From assembly GCA_040768685.1 (NCBI GenBank), contig JAXGMM010000001.1, forward strand, positions 1,093,526 through 1,157,525: a stretch of 64,000 nt of DNA, read 5' to 3'. Both the position numbers and the translations under genes were made by a program. Below the pieces are notes generated by a model, which searched no databases, had not been told where the DNA came from, and saw only the letters and a list, made by a program, of their open reading frames with translations. The stretch is from Anaerolineae bacterium (GTDB taxonomy: Bacteria > Chloroflexota > Anaerolineae > DRVO01). Within the stretch, counting starts at the first letter, position 1; every line of letters starts with the position of its first letter. This document shows, one piece after another, positions 8,960 to 18,123 of this stretch.

Positions 8960-10924
8960 ATGACCGCCAGACAGCGTGCGTTCGCCTTCGCGTTGGCCCT
9001 CTTGCTTGTCGTTCTCCAGCCGTTCGTCGCCACGGCCGCCTCGGTGCGGCTCACCGCCGATCCTGTCCCCGCCGGGGTGTACAGCTTCAAGATCAGCCCC
9101 GACGGAGAGTACGTGGTGTACGAGGTGCGCGACCACTCTGTCACCCACCAGTGGTCGTTGTATTCCGTGCCCCTGGGCGGCGGCGCCGCCGTGCGACTCT
9201 TCACCTACGCACCGGACTCCATGCCGGATCTCCAGTACTTCATCACGCCGGACAGTAGGTACGTCATATACGGGACGGCCTACGGCGGCAGGGTCCCTAT
9301 GCTCGATCTGTGGAGCGTGCCCATCGCCGGGCCGGAGACTGCGGCGGCGCACCTGACTGGTGTACCGAACTGGACCAGTCCCCTCCTGTCGGGCGGGTTT
9401 AGCGGCATCGGGGGCATCGCCTATGTCGTCATGCCTCACGGGCTCGGTGCGGTTCTCCGGAGCATTGATCAGGACACGGCAGAAGGCTTCCTGGAAGTGG
9501 TGCCCGTGGTCGGCTCGCCTGCCGGTCCGCGGCGGCTAAGCCTTGAGGGAGTATCGGTCGGCTACCACCAAGCGGCACCCGATGGTAAGTCAGTCGTCTA
9601 CTGGGGCGAGCGCCCCGATGGCAGCCTAGCCCTCTACCTCGTCGCCGCCACCGGGGATCCCCAGTCAGCCGTCGTGCTGGACGAGTTCGTGCCCGGCGTC
9701 CGACTCCGGGGCGCCGACATCAGCGCCGACGGCAGGACGCTGGTGTACTCCCTGGGCAACAACATGAGGACCTACGCCGAGCTGCGCAGCGTGGATCTGA
9801 CCGCATCCTCGCCCAGTCCGGTGTCTCTGCGGCCGGCCGACGTGGCCGGAGGGAGCGCTCCCGCCTTCCAGATCGCCCCGCAGTCGGACCGGGTCGTCTA
9901 TCAAGACCCTCACGACGGCGGCTTGCGCGTGGTACCCATTGCCGGGCCGGCTGCCGAGGCCAGGTTCCTGGCGCCTTCTGTCGCCGGCCTGATCATCACC
10001 GAGTCATCGTGGTGGATTGCCGCCGATGGCGCCTACGTGGTGTACGAGGCCTACGATCCGTCCTCGGGGAGCTCCGTACTCTGGAGCGTTCCCTTGGACG
10101 GCTCCCCCGCAGCCGGGTGGCAGCTGGTGGCGGCGACCAATCTCATCTACGTGCTGCCGCTGGACCAGGGTGACCGGCACGTCCTGTACCTGACCGGGCG
10201 AGATGGCGCGGACGGCGCGCAGCTCTTCAGCGTACCGGTGGATCTCGCCGCTCAGGAGCCGGCGCTCCTGGCTGAGGCGGTGACAGCTTCCGGGGAGGTC
10301 CCCGTTAGCGCCTCCGTCAACAGCGACGGAAGCAAGGTACTGTTCGTACTCCCTCGGGACCCGGCCTTCCAGATGCAGCTCTACCAGGTCCCCATCGATG
10401 GGCCGGCCGACGCGGCCATCGAGCTCAATGGGCAGTTGGCGCCCTGGAGCGGCGTGACTGGCGCGGCCTTCGCGCCCGACGGCGTTCGGGTGGTGTACAG
10501 TGCCCACCAACTGGGGGACGGATCGCCGCAGCTCTACGTGGCCGACAGCGGCACGGCGTCAGTGGGCTTCGGTGCTCACGAGATGCTGGTGCCTGAGAAC
10601 GGAGGAGAGGTGCGGATCCCGCTGCGGCTGAACCAGCCGTCGGTGCTGCCGGTGACGGTCACGGTGATGGATGAGACGTGGACGGGCATACCGGGCGAGG
10701 GCCGAGGGTTCGACTACGAGCTATTGTCCGACAAGGTCACCTTCGCACCGGGTGAGACGGTGGCCTACCTGACGCTGCGTCCGATAGACGACGGTGTGCC
10801 GGAGACGGACCCGCCCTTCCTGCTCGCCCTGACTGCTCCGGAGAACGCTGGCCTGTCGGGGATGTCCCGCATCCGGGTGCGGATCGTGGACTGGGCCGGG
10901 TACGTCCCCCAGGTTGTGCGGTGA
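8960..10924 (+). CDS. Secreted protein with repeated PD40/TolB-like beta-propeller blades and a C-terminal Calx-beta domain
   Basis: Signal peptide MTARQRAFAFALALLLVVLQPFVATAAS. About nine xPDGxxVVY blades. The C-terminus reads GRGFDYELLSDKVTFAPGETVAYLTLRPIDDGVPETDPPF (Calx-beta-like). GGAGG precedes the ATG. Confidence 0.8.
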   Translation: MTARQRAFAFALALLLVVLQPFVATAASVRLTADPVPAGVYSFKISPDGEYVVYEVRDHSVTHQWSLYSVPLGGGAAVRLFTYAPDSMPDLQYFITPDSRYVIYGTAYGGRVPMLDLWSVPIAGPETAAAHLTGVPNWTSPLLSGGFSGIGGIAYVVMPHGLGAVLRSIDQDTAEGFLEVVPVVGSPAGPRRLSLEGVSVGYHQAAPDGKSVVYWGERPDGSLALYLVAATGDPQSAVVLDEFVPGVRLRGADISADGRTLVYSLGNNMRTYAELRSVDLTASSPSPVSLRPADVAGGSAPAFQIAPQSDRVVYQDPHDGGLRVVPIAGPAAEARFLAPSVAGLIITESSWWIAADGAYVVYEAYDPSSGSSVLWSVPLDGSPAAGWQLVAATNLIYVLPLDQGDRHVLYLTGRDGADGAQLFSVPVDLAAQEPALLAEAVTASGEVPVSASVNSDGSKVLFVLPRDPAFQMQLYQVPIDGPADAAIELNGQLAPWSGVTGAAFAPDGVRVVYSAHQLGDGSPQLYVADSGTASVGFGAHEMLVPENGGEVRIPLRLNQPSVLPVTVTVMDETWTGIPGEGRGFDYELLSDKVTFAPGETVAYLTLRPIDDGVPETDPPFLLALTAPENAGLSGMSRIRVRIVDWAGYVPQVVR

Positions 10925-10940
10925 GTGGGTGGCGCTGACA

Positions 10941-11166
10941 GGGCCTTTCGATTCTGCCGCTCGCTGACGTAGTACCTAATGGTTCGCGCCCTGGGGTACT
11001 CACCTAACTCCCCAACCTCATTCCCTAGGAAGGGGGTTGGGGAGTTAGATTCCGGGCCGCAGGCGCATCAAATGGGTATCATCGCCCATCAGACTGAAAC
11101 AGATGCCCCCGTGGCCGACGTCTCCAGGCGCCCGCTCGGTGGCGCTCACCGATAATCGAAAAGCCC
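10941..11166 (-). repeat. MITE-like structured repeat, copy 3 (inverted orientation, ~226 bp)
   Basis: The reverse complement aligns end to end with copy 4. It has an internal 14-bp perfect hairpin, CTAACTCCCCAACC / GGTTGGGGAGTTAG, and starts 17 nt after the stop of the propeller gene. Confidence 0.8.
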
Positions 11167-11404
11167 GACTTGACCTACGTACGGTGACGAACCGTGCTTT
11201 CGGGCTCCTATTCGACTCACATCAACGATGTCGCCGGTCGCTCTGCGTTGGAGAGCCAAGCACGCTGACAATGGGGCGTACGGCGAGCTGCGGCCAACCC
11301 CAGCCAAGGTGAGTCCATAGGCAGGTGGAGCCTTCGCCAGCAGCGTATGCCGCCACGGAAGACGAAGGCGGTTGGCGCCGTCTCCAGGGAAGGTTGCCCG
11401 GCGG

Positions 11405-12319
11405 CTAATGCCCTGGCTCAACCAGTCGAAGGAGTCGCTGCGCATTCCCGGAGGTTATCTTGTCGAAGACCGGCTGCGAAATGGCCTCGTCGCTGAGCAA
11501 CTGCCTCAGGTACTTCAGATGAGGCATCCGGCCCTTGGCATCGCCGAAACAGACGTCGGTACCGAACAGCAGCCTGTCCTGAAACTCGATCAAGAACCGG
11601 ATGCCGTACTCCGGGTCACGGGTGAGCGCGTTATAGCCGCTGCCGGCCGATATGTCCCCGTACAGGTTCGGATAGCTGCGAAGCAGTTTGGGCAGGGCCC
11701 CTTCTTCTGAGATCCGGCCTTTGGGGTAACTCATCTTGTCGTCCATGGACAGGCGGGCGCCGATCTCGGCCCAGAAGCCTTGCCCATGCCCACAAACAAC
11801 AGCCTCCGGAGCCTGCTGCAGTAGGGCCGCCAGGCGCGGCATACCGACCTCATCCTGCAGGCCGTAAGTCCCGGGCCCGAAGCCGACGTAGTGAATGTCC
11901 GTGGGCCAGCCGCGTGCGCCGATCTGCCGGAACATGTTGATGCTGCGCGGGTCATCTATGGGTATGTTGGCGGAGACTTCACCAATGCCGCGACAGCCCT
12001 GCGCCTCGAACCAGTCCAGCAGGGGGCCGAAGTCCGCGCTGGGCGAATTGCCCCCCCAGCGCGGGTCAAGGTTGCCGAAGGCGATCAGGCGGTCGGGGTA
12101 CGCCGCTGCGTCCACGACCTGATCGCGCACGTTCATGCGTTCAGCCAGTGCCGCATGGGGGCTGATGAGAGCCTCGGGAGAGGGCTCCACGGGCAGGAGT
12201 ACCGCCTTGTCGATGCCCTCGTCATCCAGACGGGAGATCAAGTTGCCCCAGGTGACCGGTTCACGCCCGTCGCCCATGCGGCGAAAGTCGCCAACGTGAG
12301 TATGAAAGTCGATGATCAC
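11405..12319 (-). CDS. Metal-dependent amidohydrolase (amidohydrolase-2 / TIM-barrel hydrolase family)
   Basis: The N-terminal MIIDFHTHVGDF motif and the fold-typical His/Asp pattern, 304 aa. Confidence 0.8.
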   Translation of the reverse strand: MIIDFHTHVGDFRRMGDGREPVTWGNLISRLDDEGIDKAVLLPVEPSPEALISPHAALAERMNVRDQVVDAAAYPDRLIAFGNLDPRWGGNSPSADFGPLLDWFEAQGCRGIGEVSANIPIDDPRSINMFRQIGARGWPTDIHYVGFGPGTYGLQDEVGMPRLAALLQQAPEAVVCGHGQGFWAEIGARLSMDDKMSYPKGRISEEGALPKLLRSYPNLYGDISAGSGYNALTRDPEYGIRFLIEFQDRLLFGTDVCFGDAKGRMPHLKYLRQLLSDEAISQPVFDKITSGNAQRLLRLVEPGH

Positions 12320-12337
12320 TGTGTTCTCCCGATCCCT

Positions 12338-13498
12338 CTAGCCGAGTCGCCCCAGCTCGTGCGCCAGGTCGGTGTAGAGCCGCACTCGTTTCACGGAGGT
12401 GTCCGGGGTGATGGGGCTGCCCAGACTCATGATGAAGCGGTCTGCATTGCGCCGACCCACCGCGATCTGCCTCCGGATCTCCTCACGCAGATCCTGGTCC
12501 GCCCCTCCCTCCAGCACCTCCACGGAGTCGAGGTTGCCAAGCAGGGTACATCGTCCCTGGGATCTCTCTACGGTTGTCTCTATGTCGATGGAGAATCCCT
12601 TTTTGCTCTCCTCCAAGGCCAGGGCATCTGCGCCTGCGTCCAGGAGCAGATCCCACTTGCCTGCCGGATTGCCGCAGTAGTAGTAGACACTCCTCATGCC
12701 CTGGCGGTGTATCTCCTCTGTGAGACGCTGCAGCACAGGCAGGTTAAGCTCGGCGTAGGCACGGGGACTGATCATATCGGTGAGGGTCTCTTCCAGCCAG
12801 ACCACGGAGACTCCTAACGCGGCCGCCTCGTGCAGTACCGGCACCTGATCGTTCAGATAGTGCTCACACGCATGGCGCACCAGATCCGGCCTCTCAACGA
12901 TCAGTGTCATCATGCCCTCAAAGCCCAGAGGCCCGTTCAGCCGCTTGATGGGGGACGGTACCAGACACATGGTCGCGTGGGATTGGCCGAACTCCTCCAT
13001 GAGAGCCGCTGCAAGGTCGCCGCATCCCGCAGCCAGGGCGGACTCCAGGTCAGTGTCCTGCACAGGAGGCAGCAAGGCATCGAGCTCTTGTGGGGTCGTG
13101 GGCAGGGATTGCGTTGCTGCGGAACTGCTCAGGGGCCAACCACCAACCGGAGGTCGACTCAGCTTAGTCTCGCCGCCATCGCGCTGATCCACGAGGTAGA
13201 CACCATCACAGCGCTCAGACACGGAGAGAGCCTGTCGGTCGCGGGCGCTGAATGCATAGCGGTGGTAGCCCTGTGACATCAACGGCAGTCGGAACCAGTC
13301 CTGGCCCAAAGCCCGTATGACGTCGCGCCTCCAGCGCAGTTGGTGGTCAATGTCCGGGTCTTCCACGTACCACCAGGGGCAGTCGGTGAGTTCATCCCAC
13401 CGATCCCGCACGTAGACGCTTTCGTAGGGGATAACGACCGGTACTTCCCGGACACCTCCGGGTGATAGGGCAGCCTCGATGCGTTCTCTTCCTGTCAT
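12338..13498 (-). CDS. Uroporphyrinogen-decarboxylase (URO-D/MtaA-like) family protein
   Basis: The C-terminal half matches the URO-D superfamily pattern (..LGNLDSVEVL..G..DLREEIRRQI......RFIMSLGSPITPDT). The N-terminal third is atypical. Confidence 0.7.
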   Translation of the reverse strand: MTGRERIEAALSPGGVREVPVVIPYESVYVRDRWDELTDCPWWYVEDPDIDHQLRWRRDVIRALGQDWFRLPLMSQGYHRYAFSARDRQALSVSERCDGVYLVDQRDGGETKLSRPPVGGWPLSSSAATQSLPTTPQELDALLPPVQDTDLESALAAGCGDLAAALMEEFGQSHATMCLVPSPIKRLNGPLGFEGMMTLIVERPDLVRHACEHYLNDQVPVLHEAAALGVSVVWLEETLTDMISPRAYAELNLPVLQRLTEEIHRQGMRSVYYYCGNPAGKWDLLLDAGADALALEESKKGFSIDIETTVERSQGRCTLLGNLDSVEVLEGGADQDLREEIRRQIAVGRRNADRFIMSLGSPITPDTSVKRVRLYTDLAHELGRLG

Positions 13499-13542
13499 AC
13501 TGACTCCCTCTCGATTCTCGACGCCCTGGGGCGAAGGGCCGA

Positions 13543-13572
13543 CGCAGCGACGAATGCTACTTCGTCGCTGCG
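13543..13572 (-). other. Perfect 12-bp hairpin between the SBP gene and the URO-D-like gene
   Basis: CGCAGCGACGAA-tgctac-TTCGTCGCTGCG. There is no U tract. Confidence 0.45.
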
Positions 13573-13585
13573 CCGGTTCCAGCGA

Positions 13586-15571
13586 CTACGCCTGGCGCCG
13601 CCAGAGCTGGAACGGCCAGCTGATGGCCTCATGGAAGTAAGGGTAGTCAGAAGGTGCACTCTCGAGGACGTTCACGATGTCGTTCTTGGCTATCAGAGGG
13701 TTGGTGTCCAGGCGAACGGTGCCTATGGTGTACACTTCCTCGCTGTGTTGCGCCAAGATCTCCCTGCCGAGCTCAGTGCGCTTCTGCTCGTCTGGCTCCT
13801 GCTTGAGCTGCTCGTACAAGTCGAGGATGCGCTTGATCTCCTCGGTTGGCTCCTCACCGGCCTTGCCGCCACTGGAGACCCACTCGCCATAGGCAGGGCA
13901 CCAGTAGCTGCTGGTGCTCTGTGGAACATACCCGTCCGGTTGGACGAACCAGGGGGCACCGGTGGGTAGATAGGCGGGCAGCATCATTTGGTTTGCCCGG
14001 ACTCGCTCGCTCCATAGCGTGCGCTCGAGTTCCTTGGCTGTGGCCTCTACGCCCACGGCACGCCAATTGTTGGCGACCACATCGAAGACGTCTATGGAAG
14101 CACCCTCTTCGCTGGGGTAGCACTCGAGCAGCAGCTGTAGTCGCTCGCCGTCGGGACGAAGACGGAAACCGTCGGCGTCACGCTTGTCCAGGCCGGCCTC
14201 GTCAAGCAGTTGGTTGGCCTTCTCCACGCTGTACTCGGTAGCTACGTCGCCGAATCCCTCTTGCCATGCCGGGTCCACCGGGTGCGAGACCGGGTTCTCC
14301 GGTACGCCCAGGCCGTGGAAGAACAGATCGTTGATCTCCGGACGGTTGATAGCATGGGAGAGGCCGTGTCGGAACGAGCGGGTCTGGAAGATGGGACGGA
14401 GAGCGGGGTCGGCCACGCTCTGGTTGACCCGCACGCAAGGCCCGCCGTAATCGTAGAACCACTCAAGCACGCGGTAGCCACCCTTTTCTTCGTTCTCCTT
14501 GAGCAAGGGGAAGTTGGTGAAGCTGAAGTGGCGGTACTGCATGTCGACTTCGCCGGCGAGGGCCTTCATCAGGACCACTTCCTCGTTGCTCGCGTTGTCG
14601 ATCACCACTCGCTCGAAGTAGGGCAGTTGCTTGCCGGCCGAGTCCACCTTCCAGTAGTAAGGGTTGCGAACGTTGGTCATGCGCTCGGCGGGGAACGGGA
14701 CTTCGACCTTCCAGGCCCAGAGGACCGGCAGGTCGGGGTTGTTCATGTCATCATTGCGGTTAGCAAAGAGCTCGTACCAATGGTCAAACCCGCCTTCCTT
14801 CACCTTAGCGGCGAGTTCATCCGAGTCTGCGTAGTTGGGATGGAACTGCTGCATGTAGTGCTTGGGGACAAGGATCTCGCAGCCACGGTAGCATAGGAAG
14901 GGAATGAGAAGCCCGTATGGGGTGGTGAACTTGAAGGCGACGGTGTAGTCATCAACCTTCTCGAGGACTACCGGGTCGCCCGCCGACTTCAGCCAACTCG
15001 GGAAACTGGGGCTGAGTTCCTCGTTGAGGGCGATGTCCTCATACCAGAACATGAGGTCGTCGGCAGTGAACGGCTCGCCATCGGACCACTTCAAGCCCTT
15101 GCGGAGATGGAAGGTCCAAGTAGCCCCATTGTCCACCACATCCCAACTGGTGGCGAGGTTGGGGATCATCTCTATGACCCCGGAGCGGTAGTCCCAGCGG
15201 GCGAACCCCTCGCGGACGATAACCCGATGACCAGTTAGATCAGCAGGGCCAGTGAGAACACGACGAAGATCCTCGGAGTACTCACCGAGTTCGGCAACGG
15301 GTTCGATCACCATGGGATCTTCAGGCAAACGATCGTCCACCGGAGGGAGTTCTCCGGCGGCCACCCTCGCCGCCAGGCTGGGGGCCTCACTGTACTTCGA
15401 CTCCGTAATCGCTGCCGACGCAGCGGCGGCCGCCGCTTCCTCAGCCGGTGCGCTTGTGGGTTCGGCGGGTGCGGGCGTAACAGCGGCCCCGCAGGCAGTG
15501 GCGACCACCAGGCCCGCAGAGAGACCTGACACTCGCAGGAAGGCACGTCGGTTCACAGGCTGTACGAACAT
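13586..15571 (-). CDS. ABC-transporter solute-binding protein, family 5 (peptide/nickel/opine type), Tat-exported lipoprotein
   Basis: The ATG at 15571 follows GGGAG. The N-terminus VNRRAFLRVSGLSAGLVVATAC combines a twin-arginine motif and a lipobox, followed by a long SBP_bac_5-like body. No permease or ATPase genes are adjacent. Confidence 0.85.
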   Translation of the reverse strand: MFVQPVNRRAFLRVSGLSAGLVVATACGAAVTPAPAEPTSAPAEEAAAAAASAAITESKYSEAPSLAARVAAGELPPVDDRLPEDPMVIEPVAELGEYSEDLRRVLTGPADLTGHRVIVREGFARWDYRSGVIEMIPNLATSWDVVDNGATWTFHLRKGLKWSDGEPFTADDLMFWYEDIALNEELSPSFPSWLKSAGDPVVLEKVDDYTVAFKFTTPYGLLIPFLCYRGCEILVPKHYMQQFHPNYADSDELAAKVKEGGFDHWYELFANRNDDMNNPDLPVLWAWKVEVPFPAERMTNVRNPYYWKVDSAGKQLPYFERVVIDNASNEEVVLMKALAGEVDMQYRHFSFTNFPLLKENEEKGGYRVLEWFYDYGGPCVRVNQSVADPALRPIFQTRSFRHGLSHAINRPEINDLFFHGLGVPENPVSHPVDPAWQEGFGDVATEYSVEKANQLLDEAGLDKRDADGFRLRPDGERLQLLLECYPSEEGASIDVFDVVANNWRAVGVEATAKELERTLWSERVRANQMMLPAYLPTGAPWFVQPDGYVPQSTSSYWCPAYGEWVSSGGKAGEEPTEEIKRILDLYEQLKQEPDEQKRTELGREILAQHSEEVYTIGTVRLDTNPLIAKNDIVNVLESAPSDYPYFHEAISWPFQLWRRQA

Positions 15572-16039
15572 GGCGTTTCTCCCGGTATGTCCATCATATG
15601 CCGCGTCCTCGAGGTCATCGTGGGACCATTCCCATGGTTTGTCCGCAGGCGGCGGCTCGCCGTTTGTCACCTCCCTGTCGCCCCGACGACAGAGCTGCAG
15701 AAGCCCGTTGACGGGCTGGACGCACTTAGCAGACACCAGGACCGCGCCGCCATGGCCCAGAAAGACCGTCTCCGTGCCGCCCCGCTCCAGGAAATCAATC
15801 AGCTGGACGATGGACTGCAAGGACATGCCCTCTCGGCGCAAGTCAGCGATATGCGCGGCCTTACGTAAGGAACTCTCCGGGAACCGGTACTGACCGGCCG
15901 GTACTGTGGTCTCCGCTTCCAGCAGACCCGCCTCTTGCCAGTGGCGAATCTGGGCGTAGGACACTCCGGCGGCCCCCGCCACCTCCTGGCGCGTGAAGTA
16001 GACCGCTGCTTCATCCTCCGACGGCTTGAGATAACCCAT
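15572..16039 (-). CDS. MerR-family helix-turn-helix region, in frame with and not separated by a stop from the downstream SBP
   Basis: The ATG at 16039 follows GGAG. The translation shows YFTRQEVAGAAGVSYAQIRHWQEAGLL...YRFPESSLRKAAHIADLRREGMSLQSI. The frame runs on into 13586-15571 without a stop. Confidence 0.55.
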
Positions 16040-16151
16040 AGGCGTGCTCCATTGATATGAGTACCAGACTGTCGCAGAGGCCGGAGTGCGCTTCAGTGCT
16101 GCTATTCCAGCACGATATCTCTCAGGCGTCAATGCCGAGAGGCCACATCGC

Positions 16152-16473
16152 GGGCTTTTTCGATTCTCGGTGAGCATGCCGCCCAGCGGGCGTCTGGAGA
16201 GGACGGCCGGGGGCGTTTGTTCCAGTCTGATGGGCGACCACACCCATTTGATGCGCCTGCGGCCCGGAACCCAACCCCCCAACCCCCCTTCCCGCGTAAG
16301 GAGGGGGAGCAGTGGTTTCGCTCTTTGAAACCACGAGCAGGGGGTTAGGTCAGTCCCCCAAGGTGCGAATAGGCCCAGCCGGCTCAATCAGTTGGAACAG
16401 GTGGCTTCATGCCGGCCCTCCGGCGGGCGAACCATTAGGTACTACGCCAGCGAGCGGCAGAATCGAAAGATCC
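16152..16473 (+). repeat. MITE-like structured repeat, copy 4 (longest form, ~322 bp)
   Basis: The termini GGGCTTTTTCGATTCT... and ...AGAATCGAAAGATCC are inverted repeats. Internal hairpins include GTGGTTTC/GAAACCAC and CCCAACCCCC/GGGGGTTAGG. Confidence 0.8.
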
Positions 16474-16662
16474 AGAGCCCTGTCGCAGGGGAATTGCGTC
16501 TAGTGGGGAACCGTCACGCTGAGCGTGTTCCAGTCGCGTAACGGTCCTCAGAATGAGGCGGTGAGGCCAAGCGGCCGGTTGTGAGGGGCGTCTTCGACCG
16601 TGCGGTCGCCGTTCTGGAAAAGACGTAATCGCCCCGTAGTCGCACCTCGCCGGCGGACCTGG

Positions 16663-18117
16663 TCAGTCGCGCGAGCGGAGCGCTGCCGCAACCTCGGCGA
16701 GGGTGGTTTCGCTGCCTACGTTGCCCGGGAAGACCACATAGGGGAGGCCGGGAAAGCGGCTCTCGTCGCCCAGTTGCCACACCGGCACCCCGGGCGCGAT
16801 CTGCCCGAGGACCAGGGCCCGGCGGACGTTGAGGGCGCGTGTGGCCAGGTCACTGGAGGTGATGCCGCCTTTGCCGACGAGGAATCGCGGCCTCACCGCA
16901 AGGTCCCGCACTAAGGAGACGAGCGCATCGGACACCTGACGCCCGATAGCCAGCGTCTCGGCGCTGTCGCGGCCGGCCAAGTGCGTCCGGCTGGTATACA
17001 GCGCGACGGAGCGGTTGGCCTTGAGGGCTTCGTTCAGGGCAGCGGCGGCCGTCGCCAGGCTGTGTGCCCGACTCTCGCTGTTGACCACCGCGGCGACATC
17101 GATCTCGATGGGTATCCAGCCGGGTTGGGTGATCAAGCGCGCCAGTTGTCGCGAGCTTAGGGGCACATAGGAGCCCACCACCACCAGCCCACCGCGGGCA
17201 TCGGCCGGCGGAGAGGGTAGGTCGGCGCCGTTGAGCAACGGCCTATCGGCGATCCCTCCACGTACCTTGGCGAAGGATGCGGCGGTGCGGTAGAGGAACC
17301 TCTTCCCCTGGGCGGCAGCTTGCGCCAGGGCGGTCACCACCACCTCTAGGTCGCGGTCGTCGGCGGCATTGACTGCCACCGGCGTGCCGTCGCGGAGGGA
17401 GAGCAGCAGCGGAAGCAGGGCGCTAGGACCTCCCTGGCGGATGGCGTCTAGCGGCAGGGTTGCCACGCGGTCGCTCCTCCACCTGCCTCCGGTCTTCTCC
17501 TCCGTCCAGAGCCGCAGGTCGGAGTGCCGGTAGCCGAAGGAGGGGTCCTGGGCAAAGTCGGTCTGGGCCGCGGGCACGAGGCTCGCTCCCTGCTTGACAT
17601 AATGGATATCGCCGATGGTGTAGCGGCCGCCCTCGCGGAAGTAGGGGGCGACGACCACAGCGTCGGGGCGTAGCCCAAGCGCCTCTGCCAGCGCGTCGGT
17701 CTCGGCGGGGAAGTGGCCCCGGAGCGTGGAATCGCTGCGGCTGATGACTTCGATGGGCCGGCCGGCGCTCTTCGAGGCCTGGCCAAGGTTGGCGCCCATC
17801 TCGCGCGCAAGCGCGACCGCCTGCTCCTGCGGGAGCGCCCGCGAGTTGGACAACAGGAAGAAGACGCGGGTTCCGGCCGCCAACTCCTGTTCCAGGTCCT
17901 GCACATCCCAGGCGGTGAGAACGGGCACGCCATGTACTGTCTGGGTTCCCGTCGGGTCGTCGTCGATGACAACCACGCAGGCGCTACTGGCCTCCAGATC
18001 CTTCCGGATCTCCTGCCTCAGGCCATTGTCGGGCCAGACAGGAGGAAGGGCGGCCATCGTGGTCTCGAAGTCCAGCGGAGCCGGCTCCTCGATTGCCGCG
18101 GATGGGCGCTCGCCCAC
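16663..18117 (-). CDS. Four-carbon acid-sugar kinase family protein (DUF1537; OtnK/DtnK-like)
   Basis: 484 aa with a two-domain DUF1537 pattern (VVIDDDPTGTQT near the N-terminus). The start lies 6 nt after the upstream stop. Confidence 0.78.
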   Translation of the reverse strand: MGERPSAAIEEPAPLDFETTMAALPPVWPDNGLRQEIRKDLEASSACVVVIDDDPTGTQTVHGVPVLTAWDVQDLEQELAAGTRVFFLLSNSRALPQEQAVALAREMGANLGQASKSAGRPIEVISRSDSTLRGHFPAETDALAEALGLRPDAVVVAPYFREGGRYTIGDIHYVKQGASLVPAAQTDFAQDPSFGYRHSDLRLWTEEKTGGRWRSDRVATLPLDAIRQGGPSALLPLLLSLRDGTPVAVNAADDRDLEVVVTALAQAAAQGKRFLYRTAASFAKVRGGIADRPLLNGADLPSPPADARGGLVVVGSYVPLSSRQLARLITQPGWIPIEIDVAAVVNSESRAHSLATAAAALNEALKANRSVALYTSRTHLAGRDSAETLAIGRQVSDALVSLVRDLAVRPRFLVGKGGITSSDLATRALNVRRALVLGQIAPGVPVWQLGDESRFPGLPYVVFPGNVGSETTLAEVAAALRSRD

Positions 18118-18123
18118 CGGCCG

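Noticed and set aside
13509-13520. TCGATTCTCG, resembling the repeat terminus, next to the URO-D-like start
   Set aside because: Only about 10 nt match and nothing else of the repeat arm follows. It may be chance or an eroded end.
15561-15723. Duplicate pentapeptide VQPVN in the MerR linker and the SBP signal peptide, as evidence of a local duplication
   Set aside because: The underlying nucleotides differ at several positions and the match is too short to distinguish from chance. It is mentioned only inside the junction finding.
16040-16387. N-terminal extension of the 933-aa ORF (13586-16387) upstream of the MerR ATG
   Set aside because: This part of the frame runs straight through repeat copy 4. 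The peptide ...SRRPLGGMLTENRKS... is the repeat arm read antisense, and there is no SD at 16387. The ATG at 16039 has GGAG and begins the recognisable HTH.
8150-16473. Possible CRISPR array or tandem-repeat locus
   Set aside because: The repeats are 170-320 bp, irregularly spaced, in both orientations, and separated by whole genes. No short direct repeats with uniform spacers exist, and there are no cas genes.
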